Below, in pieces: positions 51,753 to 61,763 of a DNA stretch of 64,000 bases (position 1 is the first letter of the stretch; every line of letters starts with the position of its first letter). The DNA comes from an uncultured Alphaproteobacteria bacterium. GTDB taxonomy: Bacteria > Pseudomonadota > Alphaproteobacteria > Rhizobiales > Xanthobacteraceae. The notes beneath the pieces were generated by a model, which searched no databases, was not told where the DNA came from, and worked only from the letters and a program-made list of their open reading frames with translations. Where the stretch lies: the NCBI GenBank assembly GCA_963842645.1, contig CAWJGY010000009.1:15433-79432 (forward strand), written 5' to 3'. A program made the position numbers and the translations under genes.

Positions 51753-52535
51753 ATGATCGGCAAGGCATCCATCGACCTCGCCAAGACGCCTTCGTTCCGC
51801 CTGGACGGCAAGCGCGCGCTCATAACCGGCGGCGGGCGCGGCATCGGCCTCGCTGCGGCCTCGGCACTCGCCGCAGCCGGCGCCCATGTAACGCTGGCAG
51901 CGCGGACCAAGAACGAGATCGAAGAGGCAGCCGCAGCGATCCGCACGCGCGGCGAGCAGGCCGATGCGCTCACGCTCGACGTGACCGACATCAGCGCCGC
52001 AAAGAAGGCGCTGGCAGCCGCCCCGCCCTATCAAATCCTGATCAACAACGCCGGCGGCAACCGCCCAGCCTATCTGCCCGACGTCAAGGTCGAGGATTTC
52101 GACTTCATCTTCGCGCTCAACGTGCGCGCGGCGTTTTTCATGGCGCAAACCGTGGCGCTGCGGCTGATGGAGGCAAAGCTGCCAGGCTCGATCATCAACA
52201 TCTCCTCGCAGATGGGCCACGTCGGCGCGGCGCGGCGCACGGTCTATTGCGCCAGCAAGCACGCGATGGAAGGCTTCACCAAGGCGATGGCGATTGAGCT
52301 CGCCCCGCACAACATTCGCGTCAACAGCCTTGGTCCGACGTTCCTGGAGACGCCGATGACGAAACCCTTTTTCGAAAACAAGGCATTTCGCGACGAGGTG
52401 CTGTCAAAGATCAAGCTCGGCCGGCTCGGGCAACTCGACGAATTGACCGGCGCGATCGTGTTCCTGGCTTCCGATGCGTCGTCATTGATGACCGGTTCGG
52501 CGCTCGTGCTCGACGGCGGCTGGACGGCGGAGTGA
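51753..52535 (+). CDS. SDR-family oxidoreductase (HpsO/gluconate 5-dehydrogenase-like)
   Basis: TGGGRGIG, NNAG, SSQMG, YCASK, LDGGW. Confidence 0.92.
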   Translation: MIGKASIDLAKTPSFRLDGKRALITGGGRGIGLAAASALAAAGAHVTLAARTKNEIEEAAAAIRTRGEQADALTLDVTDISAAKKALAAAPPYQILINNAGGNRPAYLPDVKVEDFDFIFALNVRAAFFMAQTVALRLMEAKLPGSIINISSQMGHVGAARRTVYCASKHAMEGFTKAMAIELAPHNIRVNSLGPTFLETPMTKPFFENKAFRDEVLSKIKLGRLGQLDELTGAIVFLASDASSLMTGSALVLDGGWTAE

Positions 52536-52552
52536 TGCAAGGAGAAATTGGC

Positions 52553-53329
52553 ATGAAGACAATCGTCGCCGCGCTGTCGCTTGTGCTCCTTGCCCTGCCC
52601 GCTGCGGCGCAGACCGCACCGCCTGATCGATTGGAGCGCGTGCTTTCCAACAAGGTGCTGCGCGTCGGCACCACGATGGACACGCCAGTGTTCAGCATGA
52701 AAAATGCGTCGGGCCAGCTCGAGGGCTTCGATATGGACGCACTTGCTACGCTGGGCAACGCGCTCGGCGTCCAGATCGAATACGTCAAGATGACGTTCGG
52801 CACGATGTTGCCCGATCTCGCCGCCGACAAGTTCGACATGGCGATGTCGGGCATGGGACGCACGATGGATCGTGCGCGCGTCGCCACCTTCTCCAAACCG
52901 TACATGCGCTACGGCAAACTGCTGATGATCCGCGCGGCCGACAGGGAAAAATACAAATCGCTCGCCGACCTCGACAAGCCGGGGCTGAAGATTGCCTACA
53001 ACAGAGGCGGATTGAACGACCGCTTCGCCAACACCGAGTTTAAGCAGGCAACGCCCGCAGGCTATCCGAGCAACGAACTCGCCACCGCCGACCTGCTCGC
53101 CGGCAAAGTCGACGCCCAGGTGCAGGATTCGACCGCAGCGATCTACATGTCGCGGCAAAACCCGCAGCTTGCCGCGATGTCACCGGAAAGCATTTTTCAC
53201 CCGGTCTATGTCGCGATCCTGATGCGGCGGGAGGACCAGACGTTGCAGAACTACGTCAATATCTGGATCGACCAGATCGAGATGGACGGCACGCTGGCGA
53301 AGGTCAAGGCAAAGTGGCTAGGGAATTAG
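52553..53329 (+). CDS. Amino-acid ABC substrate-binding family protein (cyclohexadienyl dehydratase-like)
   Basis: Signal peptide, LRVGTT.D, GFDMD, FD.AMSG, FSKPY, N.GG.N. Confidence 0.8.
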   Translation: MKTIVAALSLVLLALPAAAQTAPPDRLERVLSNKVLRVGTTMDTPVFSMKNASGQLEGFDMDALATLGNALGVQIEYVKMTFGTMLPDLAADKFDMAMSGMGRTMDRARVATFSKPYMRYGKLLMIRAADREKYKSLADLDKPGLKIAYNRGGLNDRFANTEFKQATPAGYPSNELATADLLAGKVDAQVQDSTAAIYMSRQNPQLAAMSPESIFHPVYVAILMRREDQTLQNYVNIWIDQIEMDGTLAKVKAKWLGN

Positions 53330-53339
53330 CTATCTCCGC

Positions 53340-53370
53340 CCTCATCCTGAGGAGCGATCCGAAGGACCTC
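53340..53370. repeat. REP-like element between convergent genes
   Basis: cctcatcctgaggagcg...cgaagga. Confidence 0.6.
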
Positions 53371-53386
53371 CTTTTGCCGCAGCCGA

Positions 53387-54376
53387 CTAAAAAAGCTTTT
53401 TCAACACCTGCGGATTGAGGCTGCTCACCGGCGGACGGCCCTCGATCAGCGCGATGGTGTTGTCCACCACCACATGCGCCATGCCTTCGCGGAGCGATAG
53501 TACGGCGCTGCCGAGGTGTGGGGTCAGCACCGCATTGGGCATCGCAACGAGTTCCGGCGAGACCTGCGGCTCGTGCTCGTAGACGTCGAGGCCCGCGCCT
53601 GCGATCTTCTTCTCCTTCAGCGCGCGAACGAGCGCCGCCTCGTCGATCACCGGCCCGCGCGAGGTGTTGATGACGAACGCCGTGGGCTTCATCAGCGAAA
53701 ACTGCCGATCGCTCATCAGGTGGCGGGTTTCGGGCGAGAGCTGCGGATGCAGCGAGACGAAATCGGCCTCGCACAGCAGATCGTCGAAGCTGCGATAACC
53801 CACGGCGAATTTTTCTTCCTCGGCGGGCGGCAGCCTGCGCGGGTCGGTGTAGATGATCGTCATGTCGAAGCCGCGCCCGCGCCGCGCCATCGCCTGTCCG
53901 ATGCGGCCGAAGCCGACGAGGCCGAGCGTCTGGCCGGAGACGGCGGCGCCGGCAAGGTGATTGGATTGCGACCCCGGATAGACGCCGGAGCGGAATAGCT
54001 TGTCGCCCAAGGCGATGTTGCGCGCCACTGCGAGCAGCAGGCCAAAGCCGATGTCGGCCGTAGCATCGGTAACGATCGCCGGAATGTTGGTGACCGGAAT
54101 GCCGCGTGCCGTCGCCTCCGCAAGATCGATGCGATCCTGCGTGATGTTCATCGACGACACCGCCTTGAGATTGGGATTGGCGGCCAACACGTCGCGGTCC
54201 ACGGTGTCGTGAAGAAGCGACAGCAGGATATCGCAACGCTTCACTGCCTCGATCAGCTTGTCTTTCGGCAGCACACGGCTGGAATCGGGGTTGACTTCGA
54301 CGTCGGCGACCTCGCGCAGACGCGCCAAGGCACTTTCGGCGATCGGCTGGGTGACGAAAACGCGCGGCCTGCTCAC
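53387..54376 (-). CDS. Glyoxylate/hydroxypyruvate reductase-type 2-hydroxyacid dehydrogenase
   Basis: GFGRIG, NTSRG, GLDVYEHEP, TPHLGSA. Confidence 0.9.
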   Translation of the reverse strand: MSRPRVFVTQPIAESALARLREVADVEVNPDSSRVLPKDKLIEAVKRCDILLSLLHDTVDRDVLAANPNLKAVSSMNITQDRIDLAEATARGIPVTNIPAIVTDATADIGFGLLLAVARNIALGDKLFRSGVYPGSQSNHLAGAAVSGQTLGLVGFGRIGQAMARRGRGFDMTIIYTDPRRLPPAEEEKFAVGYRSFDDLLCEADFVSLHPQLSPETRHLMSDRQFSLMKPTAFVINTSRGPVIDEAALVRALKEKKIAGAGLDVYEHEPQVSPELVAMPNAVLTPHLGSAVLSLREGMAHVVVDNTIALIEGRPPVSSLNPQVLKKLF

Positions 54377-55473
54377 GACTTTTTCGCCGCCTTCTTGATC
54401 GCGGCATTGACCTTGGGCAGCACCTTCTCCGCCAGCAAGGTCATCGAACGCTTGGCGAGCTTGGGATCGCGCCAGTCCTTGCCGGCGTAAAGCAGCGTGC
54501 CGAAGTCGCCGACCCGCTCGCGGAACTTCAAAATCTCATCGGCGACCTTGTCGGGCGACCCGTAGATGATCAGCTCGTCGCAGATGCCGTCGAGCGTCAC
54601 CTCGCTGTCGGGCTGGTCGCGCCGTGTCTTGAACAGGTCGAGCCGCCCGCGCTTCAGCTTGGTGTAGAGCTGGCTGTAATAAAAGCGATACGGGCTGTTC
54701 GGACCGGTCGCGTAGGCCTTCGCGGTCTTGTCGCTGTCGGCCACGAAAATGCTCTTGGCGACGCGCCAGTTCGCCGGATCGGCCTTCCGGCCGGCGCGCT
54801 CGCAGCCTTCGACGTATTTTGGCCAGTGGCTCTTCACCCACTCCGGCATCAGGAAGTTCGCCGAGATCGGATCCCAGCCGCGCGCCGCGGCCTCGGTCAC
54901 GCCCTTGGAGAACGGCGCGACCGCTGTCACCACGATCGGCGGATGCGGCTTCTGCAGCGGCTTGGGCAGATAGCCCTGGCCGATCTCGAGCATCGCCTGC
55001 CGCTCGATCTTGATCGACCAGTATTTGCCTTGAAGATTGTATGGCGGCTCGCCGGCCCAGATTGCCAGCACCTGGTTGATGGCTTCGAGGAACATCGCGT
55101 TGCGGTCGGCGTCGAGATTGCCGAACGCCTCGGCGTCGGAGAGCAGGCCCCCAGGGCTGATGCCGAAGATGAAGCGGCCGTTGAGCATGTGATCGAGCAT
55201 GGCGATGTTGGCCGCGGTGGCAGCAGGATGACCGTTGGGCATGTTGATGGTGCCCGTGCCGAGTTTGATTTTCTTGGTGGCGTCGATCAGGCTCGCGATG
55301 AATACCGCACAGGACGTGATGTTCTCCGCCCTGTCGGTCACGTGCTCGCCGACATAGCCCTCGATGAAGCCGAGCTTGTCGGCGAGGATGAACGCCTCGC
55401 GGTCCTCACGCAAAGATTTCCGCCAATCCTTGTTGATCGGGTGGATCGGCATGGTGAAGAAGCCGAGCTTCAT
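54373..55473 (-). CDS. LLM-class flavin-dependent oxidoreductase
   Basis: MKLGFFTMPIHP, GEH, KLGTG, LDHML.GR, PLQKPHPP, LAEKVLP. Confidence 0.9.
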   Translation of the reverse strand: MKLGFFTMPIHPINKDWRKSLREDREAFILADKLGFIEGYVGEHVTDRAENITSCAVFIASLIDATKKIKLGTGTINMPNGHPAATAANIAMLDHMLNGRFIFGISPGGLLSDAEAFGNLDADRNAMFLEAINQVLAIWAGEPPYNLQGKYWSIKIERQAMLEIGQGYLPKPLQKPHPPIVVTAVAPFSKGVTEAAARGWDPISANFLMPEWVKSHWPKYVEGCERAGRKADPANWRVAKSIFVADSDKTAKAYATGPNSPYRFYYSQLYTKLKRGRLDLFKTRRDQPDSEVTLDGICDELIIYGSPDKVADEILKFRERVGDFGTLLYAGKDWRDPKLAKRSMTLLAEKVLPKVNAAIKKAAKKS

Positions 55474-55581
55474 GCTGCCTCGCGGGTCAGCGCCCTGGTG
55501 CGCGCTCTGGACGCGAATCCTAGCGGCGCTGGCCGCCCCAAACGAATTAATATAATCTGCCATTAGGCATCAGGATTTCTA

Positions 55582-56553
55582 ATGACTGAAATCGCGCTCC
55601 GACAGATCAGGGCCATCATCGCGGTATGCGAGGAAGGCTCCTTCACGCGCGCCGCCACGCGGGAGAACGCCACGCAATCCGGCATATCCCAGCATGTGGC
55701 GGCAGCAGAACACGCGCTCGGGGTGAAGCTGTTTGAGCGCTCCGCCGCCGGCGTGAAACCTACGCCAGCTGGGCAGCGCTATTACAAGCGCTGCATCGAA
55801 GCGGTCGGTCAGCTCGACAGTGCCAACGAGGAGGTGCGCGGATTTGCCTCACGCGTCACCGGGGACCTGCGCATCGGTCTTATTCCGACTCTGACGCGCG
55901 CGGCGCTGGCGCCGACGCTGGAGCAGTTCGTGCCACGCCATCCGGACGTGCGGCTGCACATTGTCGAGGGCTACAGCGGCAGCCTGACCGAGATGGTGCT
56001 CAACGACGAGCTCGACTTTGCGGTGGTGCCGACATTCGAGGGCCGCGTCGGGTTGAAATCGCGTCTGATCGTGCGCGACCGCGAGATGCTGCTGTCGAGC
56101 CCGCGCCACGGATTCACTCCGCTCGAGCCGGTGCGGCTCAAGGATTGCGGCCCGTTAAAAATCGTGCTTCCCGGCCGCGCCAACGTCCGGCGCCGCAACA
56201 TCGAAATCTATTTCGAGACCCACGGCGTCGAGATCACCGACATGATCGAGATGGACGCGATGATCGGCACGCTGCAATTCGTCGCGCGCACGGACTGGGT
56301 GGCGATCCTGTCCGGGCTGATTTGCTTCAACGACATCGGGCGGCCGGAACGGGTGATCAACCCGATCTACGACCCGCCGATGATTGCTGATTTCGTGGTG
56401 ATCTCGCCGGCGCGACGCACGCTCTCGACCCAGGCCCAATTGTTCCTGGAATCCTTTGAGACCGAGGTCGCGCGCATCCAGGGCGTCTGGGCGCAGACGA
56501 TCCCGCCAGCCGTCTATCCAGTGCGGCCGCGGCGGGCGGCCGCACGAAACTAA
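55582..56553 (+). CDS. LysR-family transcriptional regulator
   Basis: EEGSFTRAA..TQSGISQH..LFER HTH; divergent from the LLM gene. Confidence 0.93.
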   Translation: MTEIALRQIRAIIAVCEEGSFTRAATRENATQSGISQHVAAAEHALGVKLFERSAAGVKPTPAGQRYYKRCIEAVGQLDSANEEVRGFASRVTGDLRIGLIPTLTRAALAPTLEQFVPRHPDVRLHIVEGYSGSLTEMVLNDELDFAVVPTFEGRVGLKSRLIVRDREMLLSSPRHGFTPLEPVRLKDCGPLKIVLPGRANVRRRNIEIYFETHGVEITDMIEMDAMIGTLQFVARTDWVAILSGLICFNDIGRPERVINPIYDPPMIADFVVISPARRTLSTQAQLFLESFETEVARIQGVWAQTIPPAVYPVRPRRAAARN

Positions 56554-56554
56554 T

Positions 56555-57205
56555 TCATACCGACGCCGGTGCGCCGGGCTGCTTGAGCGGATGCGCTCGC
56601 GCGAACGCGTCGTTCTGCATGCAGGCGTCGAGGACGCGCTTGAAGTTTGGGAACGGCGCGAGATCGACCTTGAAGAAGCCCGCGCCGGCGCCCTGGCTTG
56701 CCAGACAGATGTCGGCCACCGTAATGCTGTCACCGTGAGCGTACTTTCCCGTCGCCTTGTCCGTTAGATGCGTCTCGAGCGCGGTGAGCGCGGCTCGGTG
56801 CCAGTGCTGCGCCCATTTCGTAACGGTGGCTTCGTCGAGCTTGTATTCATGGGCGAGATATTCACGCACCCGCGGCACGATCAGCGGATGTGAATCGGCG
56901 GCGACGAGCTGGGCCAACCCCCGCACCCGTGCACGGCCCTTCGGATCCTTCGGCAGCAAGGGTGGATTGGGGTGGGTCTCGTCGAGATATTCGATAATCG
57001 CGAGCGATTCGAACAGCGCCGGCCCGTCGCCATCGACCAGCGCCGGAATCGCCATCATCGGGTTGACCTTTCGAAAGGCGTCCTCGCGCTGCTGGCCCTT
57101 CATCAGATTGATGTCGATGACTTCATCGGGCTTGAGGCCCTTCAGATTCATCGCGATGCGCACGCGATAGGTCGCCAGCGACCGCCAGAACGAATATAGC
57201 TTCAT
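56555..57205 (-). CDS. maiA: Maleylacetoacetate/maleylpyruvate isomerase (GST zeta)
   Basis: LYSFWRSLATYRVRIA, SLAIIEYLDE, ADICL, AHP..QP. Confidence 0.9.
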   Translation of the reverse strand: MKLYSFWRSLATYRVRIAMNLKGLKPDEVIDINLMKGQQREDAFRKVNPMMAIPALVDGDGPALFESLAIIEYLDETHPNPPLLPKDPKGRARVRGLAQLVAADSHPLIVPRVREYLAHEYKLDEATVTKWAQHWHRAALTALETHLTDKATGKYAHGDSITVADICLASQGAGAGFFKVDLAPFPNFKRVLDACMQNDAFARAHPLKQPGAPASV

Positions 57206-57225
57206 GTCACACCCTCCCCTGAAAT

Positions 57226-58113
57226 CTATGGCTTTGCGCGGCCGGCCCAATAGACCGAAACATTAGAAACCTCCTCGCTGCCGCCGACGGTGCGTTTGGC
57301 CTCCTCGTAGCAGGCGAGCGTCTGTTTCAACAGCGGCAGCTCAAGACCCCGCTTCTCGCCTTCCGCCAGCATCTGTTTGACGTCCTTGATGCCGCCTTCA
57401 AGGGTGAAGGTCCGTTGGCTCGACGGCACTTTCTTGAGCTTGGCAACAATGCCCGGCATCCGCTGCTTGAGCACGGTGGCTGCGCCCGAGGTTTCAGCCA
57501 GGAAATCCAGAAGCTCGGCCGGATCGATCGTCAGTGTCTTGCACATCGAAAGCTGTTCGCCGAGCGCCTGCCAGTAGACCATCAGCGGCAGGTTGACCGC
57601 GAGCTTGAGCAGCGCACCGGAGCCGACCGGCCCGGCGTGCATCACGCGCCGGCACATCTGTTCTAACAACGGCCGCGCCCGCGCGGCGTCGGCGGGCTCC
57701 GCGCCCATCAGCCCCAGAAGCTTGCCCGCGCGTGCCGGGATCAACGACCCGCTCACCGGGCATTCGATGAAAGCGGCACCTTTAGCTCGAACCTTTTCGG
57801 CCAGTGCGGCTTGCGCCTCCGGCGTCAGCGTACTCATCTCGATGAACAGCTTGCCCTCGGCATCGCCGGCGAGCAGGCCCTGTGGCCCGTTATAGACGGC
57901 ATCGATCGCGGCGGTATCGATCAACAGGCTGATGATCACCTCGACCGAACCCGTCAGATCCGCCGGCGTTTTCGCGACGGCGGCCCCGGCTTCGGCAAGC
58001 GGCTTGGTCTTTTCGGCAGTTCGATTCCATACGGTCAGCTCATGGCCGACCTCCATCAGCCGAGCACCGATGCTCGAACCCATGTTGCCGATCCCGGCGA
58101 TGCCGATGTGCAT
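57226..58113 (-). CDS. Beta-hydroxyacid dehydrogenase family NAD(P)-dependent oxidoreductase
   Basis: GIGNMG, WNRT, EMST, PVSG, KLAVN. Confidence 0.9.
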   Translation of the reverse strand: MHIGIAGIGNMGSSIGARLMEVGHELTVWNRTAEKTKPLAEAGAAVAKTPADLTGSVEVIISLLIDTAAIDAVYNGPQGLLAGDAEGKLFIEMSTLTPEAQAALAEKVRAKGAAFIECPVSGSLIPARAGKLLGLMGAEPADAARARPLLEQMCRRVMHAGPVGSGALLKLAVNLPLMVYWQALGEQLSMCKTLTIDPAELLDFLAETSGAATVLKQRMPGIVAKLKKVPSSQRTFTLEGGIKDVKQMLAEGEKRGLELPLLKQTLACYEEAKRTVGGSEEVSNVSVYWAGRAKP

Positions 58114-58133
58114 TGAGCGCTCCTTCCAGCCGA

Positions 58134-58664
58134 CTACTTCATCCGGTCCTTGATCTTGTCCAAGGCCGCGACCGCGCAATCGTGGTCAAAGTTGCCGCCC
58201 GGCGCACCGCCTACGCCGATGCCGCCGATCGCCTCGTCGCCCGCCATGATAGTGACCCCGCCGGGGGTGAAGTTGACGTTGGGCAGGCTTGCAAGACCGG
58301 CAGTGGAGACGCCCGGTGTCTTGGCGATCCGCTCCGAAAGCCCTTTGGTCGAGCCGTCCTTGCGCACCGGCGCAAGCGACGCCGCGGTGTACGCCTTGAC
58401 GTAGGCGCTATCGAGTGTGTGCACGACCGCTCCGTCACCGCGCAGCACCGCCTGCCGTACGCCTTCGTTGTCGACGATGATGGCGGTCACCGCGTATCCC
58501 GCCTTCTTGCAGGCATCGACCGCCTCCGTCACCGCCTCCATCGCCAGCGCTGCCGACAAGCGCTTCTTGGTGATCAGGCCTTGTGCAAGCGCCGCCGATG
58601 CAGCGAGCACCATCAGAGTCGTCACAATCGTGACACGGCCAAGCGTTGCATATCCGGCATGCAT
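58134..58664 (-). CDS. Exported GlcG/HbpS-family heme-binding protein
   Basis: Signal peptide, IVD..G, KAYTA, GG..I, GGIGVGGAPGG..D..C. Confidence 0.88.
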   Translation of the reverse strand: MHAGYATLGRVTIVTTLMVLAASAALAQGLITKKRLSAALAMEAVTEAVDACKKAGYAVTAIIVDNEGVRQAVLRGDGAVVHTLDSAYVKAYTAASLAPVRKDGSTKGLSERIAKTPGVSTAGLASLPNVNFTPGGVTIMAGDEAIGGIGVGGAPGGNFDHDCAVAALDKIKDRMK

Positions 58665-58801
58665 GTTGTCCTCCCTAAATCACATCGTTGCCGTGGACGA
58701 TAAGCGATCCACCGGCGTCACTGCAACGCGCGACCCGCCGCTTGGCGTGGGCCGACGGCATGGATAGTGTAAGCACGCGCGAAATCGATGGGGGTTGAAA
58801 G

Positions 58802-59707
58802 ATGAGTCCGGCAAAAACCAAAAAGACGGTGGGCGTGATCGGGCTCGGCATCATGGGCGGGTCGTTCTCCCGCAATCTGCTCGCGGCCGGATGGCGGGTG
58901 GTCGGTTTCGATGTCGACGCGGGCAAACGCAAGGAGTTGGCCAAGGCCGGCGCCGAAATGGTACGCGACGCCAAGGCGGTTGCAGCGTCCGCGCCCATTA
59001 TCATCACGAGCCTGCCGAAGCCCGAGGCGCTGATCGCCACCGCAAAGGAAATCGCCAAGGCAAAGCTCTCACCGCGCATCATCGCTGAGTGCTCGACCTT
59101 CACGATCGAGGACAAAGAGAAGTCCGAGAAGATCTTGCGCGCCGCCGGTCACATCATGCTCGACTGTCCAGTGAGCGGGACAGGCTCGCAGGCCCGGACA
59201 GGCGACCTAGTGATCTACGCCAGCGGCGATCCAAAGTCCGTTGCCAAGGTTAAGCCGGTGTTCGCAGGCTTCTCGCGCAAGCTTTATGACGTCGGCGTAT
59301 TCGGCAACGGCAGTCGGATGAAATACGTCGCCAACCTTTTGGTCGCGATCAACAACGTGGCTTCGGCCGAGGCCATGGTGCTCGGCATGAAGGCTGGCCT
59401 CGATCCGCGCACGATCTTCGAGATGATCTCCAACGGCGCGGGCAACTCAAGGGTGTTCGAACTCCGTGCGCCGATGATGGTAAAGAACGACTACCGCGAA
59501 GCCACCATGAAATGCTCCGTCTGGCAGAAGGACATGGACGTGATCGGCGCCTTCGCCAAGAAGATCCGCGTTCCGACGCCGCTGTTTTCCGCGACGCTGC
59601 CGGTCTATGCCGCGGCGCTCAAAAGTGGCCACGCCAACGACGACACCGCCGCGGTCTGCGCCGTGCTGGAGGCCAAGGCGAACGTCAAGCGCCGCAAGGC
59701 GCGGTGA
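58802..59707 (+). CDS. Beta-hydroxyacid dehydrogenase family NAD(P)-dependent oxidoreductase
   Basis: GLGIMG, DCPVSG, KYVAN, KD. Confidence 0.9.
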   Translation: MSPAKTKKTVGVIGLGIMGGSFSRNLLAAGWRVVGFDVDAGKRKELAKAGAEMVRDAKAVAASAPIIITSLPKPEALIATAKEIAKAKLSPRIIAECSTFTIEDKEKSEKILRAAGHIMLDCPVSGTGSQARTGDLVIYASGDPKSVAKVKPVFAGFSRKLYDVGVFGNGSRMKYVANLLVAINNVASAEAMVLGMKAGLDPRTIFEMISNGAGNSRVFELRAPMMVKNDYREATMKCSVWQKDMDVIGAFAKKIRVPTPLFSATLPVYAAALKSGHANDDTAAVCAVLEAKANVKRRKAR

Positions 59708-59858
59708 CGGCCGGGGCGAGCGCCGCGAACGGCTGCCCAATGTTTCACCGCTCTATTCCACCGTGCTTTCTGCGGCGATAGAACGGGCTGGCAGCGTGCC
59801 CAACCTCATGTAAGCTCCTGCCCGATCTAACGGGTTCGATGTGGGAGTTGGGGGCGGA

Positions 59859-60719
59859 ATGAACCTGAATTTCTGGATCATCCAGGCTTTCAACGGCATT
59901 TCCTATGGCGCATTGCTGTTCCTGGTGGGCAGCGGCCTTTCGCTCATCTTCGGCGTGATGCGGATCGTCAATCTGTCGCACGGCTCCTACTTCATGCTGG
60001 GCGGCTATGTTGCGCTCACGGTCATCTGGACCACGGGCTCGTGGCTCCTCGCGATTCCGGTCGCGGCTCTAACTATCGCGCTGCTCGGCCTCGCAATGGA
60101 GCGAATCTTCCTGCGGCAGCTCGGTTTCGACCCGCTGCGCCAAGTCCTGCTCACGGTCGGGTTTGCCTTTTTGTTCCAGCAGGCCGCCATCGATCTTTGG
60201 ACCGGCAACAACTTCGACATCAATCCGCCCCCGGTGCTTTCGAAAAGCATCCCGGTCGGCGGAATCTATTTTCCGCTCTATCGCATCTTCATGATCGCGA
60301 CCGCCGCGGCCATCGGGCTCGTGCTCTGGCTGGTGATGGAAAAGACCCGGATCGGGGCGCAGGTACGCGCCACCGTTGACGACGCGCAGATGGCGCGCGG
60401 TGTCGGCATCGACACCTCGCGCATTTCCATGATGATTTTTGCGCTCGGTGCGTTCCTTGCGGCGCTCGGCGGCGTCATCGGCGGCGCCTTCCTCGGTATT
60501 TATCCAGGGCTGGATTTCGAGATGCTGCCGATTGCGTTCGCGGTGGTTATTATCGGCGGCATGGGGAGCCTCGGCGGCGCAGCAGTCGGCGCACTGATCG
60601 TGGGATTGGCTGACAACTTCGGCAAGGCGCTGTTCCCCGAAATCTCCTACTTCACGCTATACGCGCCGATGGCGCTGATCCTCGCGGTCAAACCGACCGG
60701 ATTGTTCGGACGAGAGTGA
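59859..60719 (+). CDS. Branched-chain amino acid-type ABC permease (LivH-like)
   Basis: GLSLIFGVMRIVNLSHG, TRIG..VRA, VIIGGMGS, KPTGLFG. Confidence 0.92.
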   Translation: MNLNFWIIQAFNGISYGALLFLVGSGLSLIFGVMRIVNLSHGSYFMLGGYVALTVIWTTGSWLLAIPVAALTIALLGLAMERIFLRQLGFDPLRQVLLTVGFAFLFQQAAIDLWTGNNFDINPPPVLSKSIPVGGIYFPLYRIFMIATAAAIGLVLWLVMEKTRIGAQVRATVDDAQMARGVGIDTSRISMMIFALGAFLAALGGVIGGAFLGIYPGLDFEMLPIAFAVVIIGGMGSLGGAAVGALIVGLADNFGKALFPEISYFTLYAPMALILAVKPTGLFGRE

Positions 60720-60729
60720 GCGGCAGCCG

Positions 60730-61728
60730 ATGCGAAGTCACACCCTGAAAATTCTGATGGTGCTGGTGGCGCTGGCTGCGGTTGCGATCGTCGTGCCGAA
60801 TACCAATTCTTTCATCGTCCTGCTTGTCACACGAGCCTTGGCATTTTCCATCCTGGTGATGAGTCTCGACATCCTGCTTGGTTACACGGGCCTCGCCTCG
60901 CTCGGTCAGGCGGCCTACCTTGGCGTCGGCTCTTATGCGACAGCGATCCTCGCGACCAAGTATCAGTTCGGACTGGGCTGGGATTTCTGGCTGGTGCTGC
61001 TGATCGGAATTGCCAGTGCGGCGGCGCTGGCAGCGGTGTTTGGCCTGCTCGCCATCCGCGCCAGCGGCGTCTATTTCTTGATGATTACGCTTGCGCTCGG
61101 ACAATGCGTATGGGGCCTGGCCTATCGCTGGAATTCGCTGACCGGCGGCGACAATGGCATCAACATACGGGAGCGGCCCAAATTCGGCGGCATCGATCTC
61201 GCTAACGAGATGACATTTTTCTTTCTGGTGTTCGCGGTTTTCTGCGTCTCGTTGCTGTTGATGTATACGCTTGTCCGTTCGCCGTTCGGACGCAGCCTCG
61301 CGGGAATACGCGAGCGCGAGTTGCGAATGAAGATCCTCGGCTACAATACCTGGCTGCACAAATACATCGCCTTCATCATCGCCGGAGCATTCGGCGGGCT
61401 GTCCGGCGTACTGTGGGCGCATACCGCGGGCATCGTCAGCCCGGTGAACGTCGAGCTCCCCACTTCGGTCGACGCATTGCTGATGGCGGTGCTCGGCGGC
61501 TCGGGCACGCTGGTCGGCGGTGTCATCGGCACCTTTATCGTATTCGGGCTGCGCGAATTTCTCAGCACCCTGGTACCATGGTGGCAGTACGTACTGGGCA
61601 TCGTGTACGTGGCGACGATCCTCTATCTGCCGACTGGGCTGATGGGAATACCGGAACGCCTGCGTCAGAGACAGGCGAAATCCGGCAATCGAGAGGCGGC
61701 GAAGAAATTGGCATCCGCGACCTCCTAA
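60730..61728 (+). CDS. Branched-chain amino acid-type ABC permease (LivM-like)
   Basis: GYTGLASLGQAA, YFLMITLA, TGGDNG, SPFGR..IRE, LGGSGT. Confidence 0.92.
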   Translation: MRSHTLKILMVLVALAAVAIVVPNTNSFIVLLVTRALAFSILVMSLDILLGYTGLASLGQAAYLGVGSYATAILATKYQFGLGWDFWLVLLIGIASAAALAAVFGLLAIRASGVYFLMITLALGQCVWGLAYRWNSLTGGDNGINIRERPKFGGIDLANEMTFFFLVFAVFCVSLLLMYTLVRSPFGRSLAGIRERELRMKILGYNTWLHKYIAFIIAGAFGGLSGVLWAHTAGIVSPVNVELPTSVDALLMAVLGGSGTLVGGVIGTFIVFGLREFLSTLVPWWQYVLGIVYVATILYLPTGLMGIPERLRQRQAKSGNREAAKKLASATS

Positions 61729-61763
61729 CGATCGAGAGGCCGCGACAACATGGAAGTAGGACA

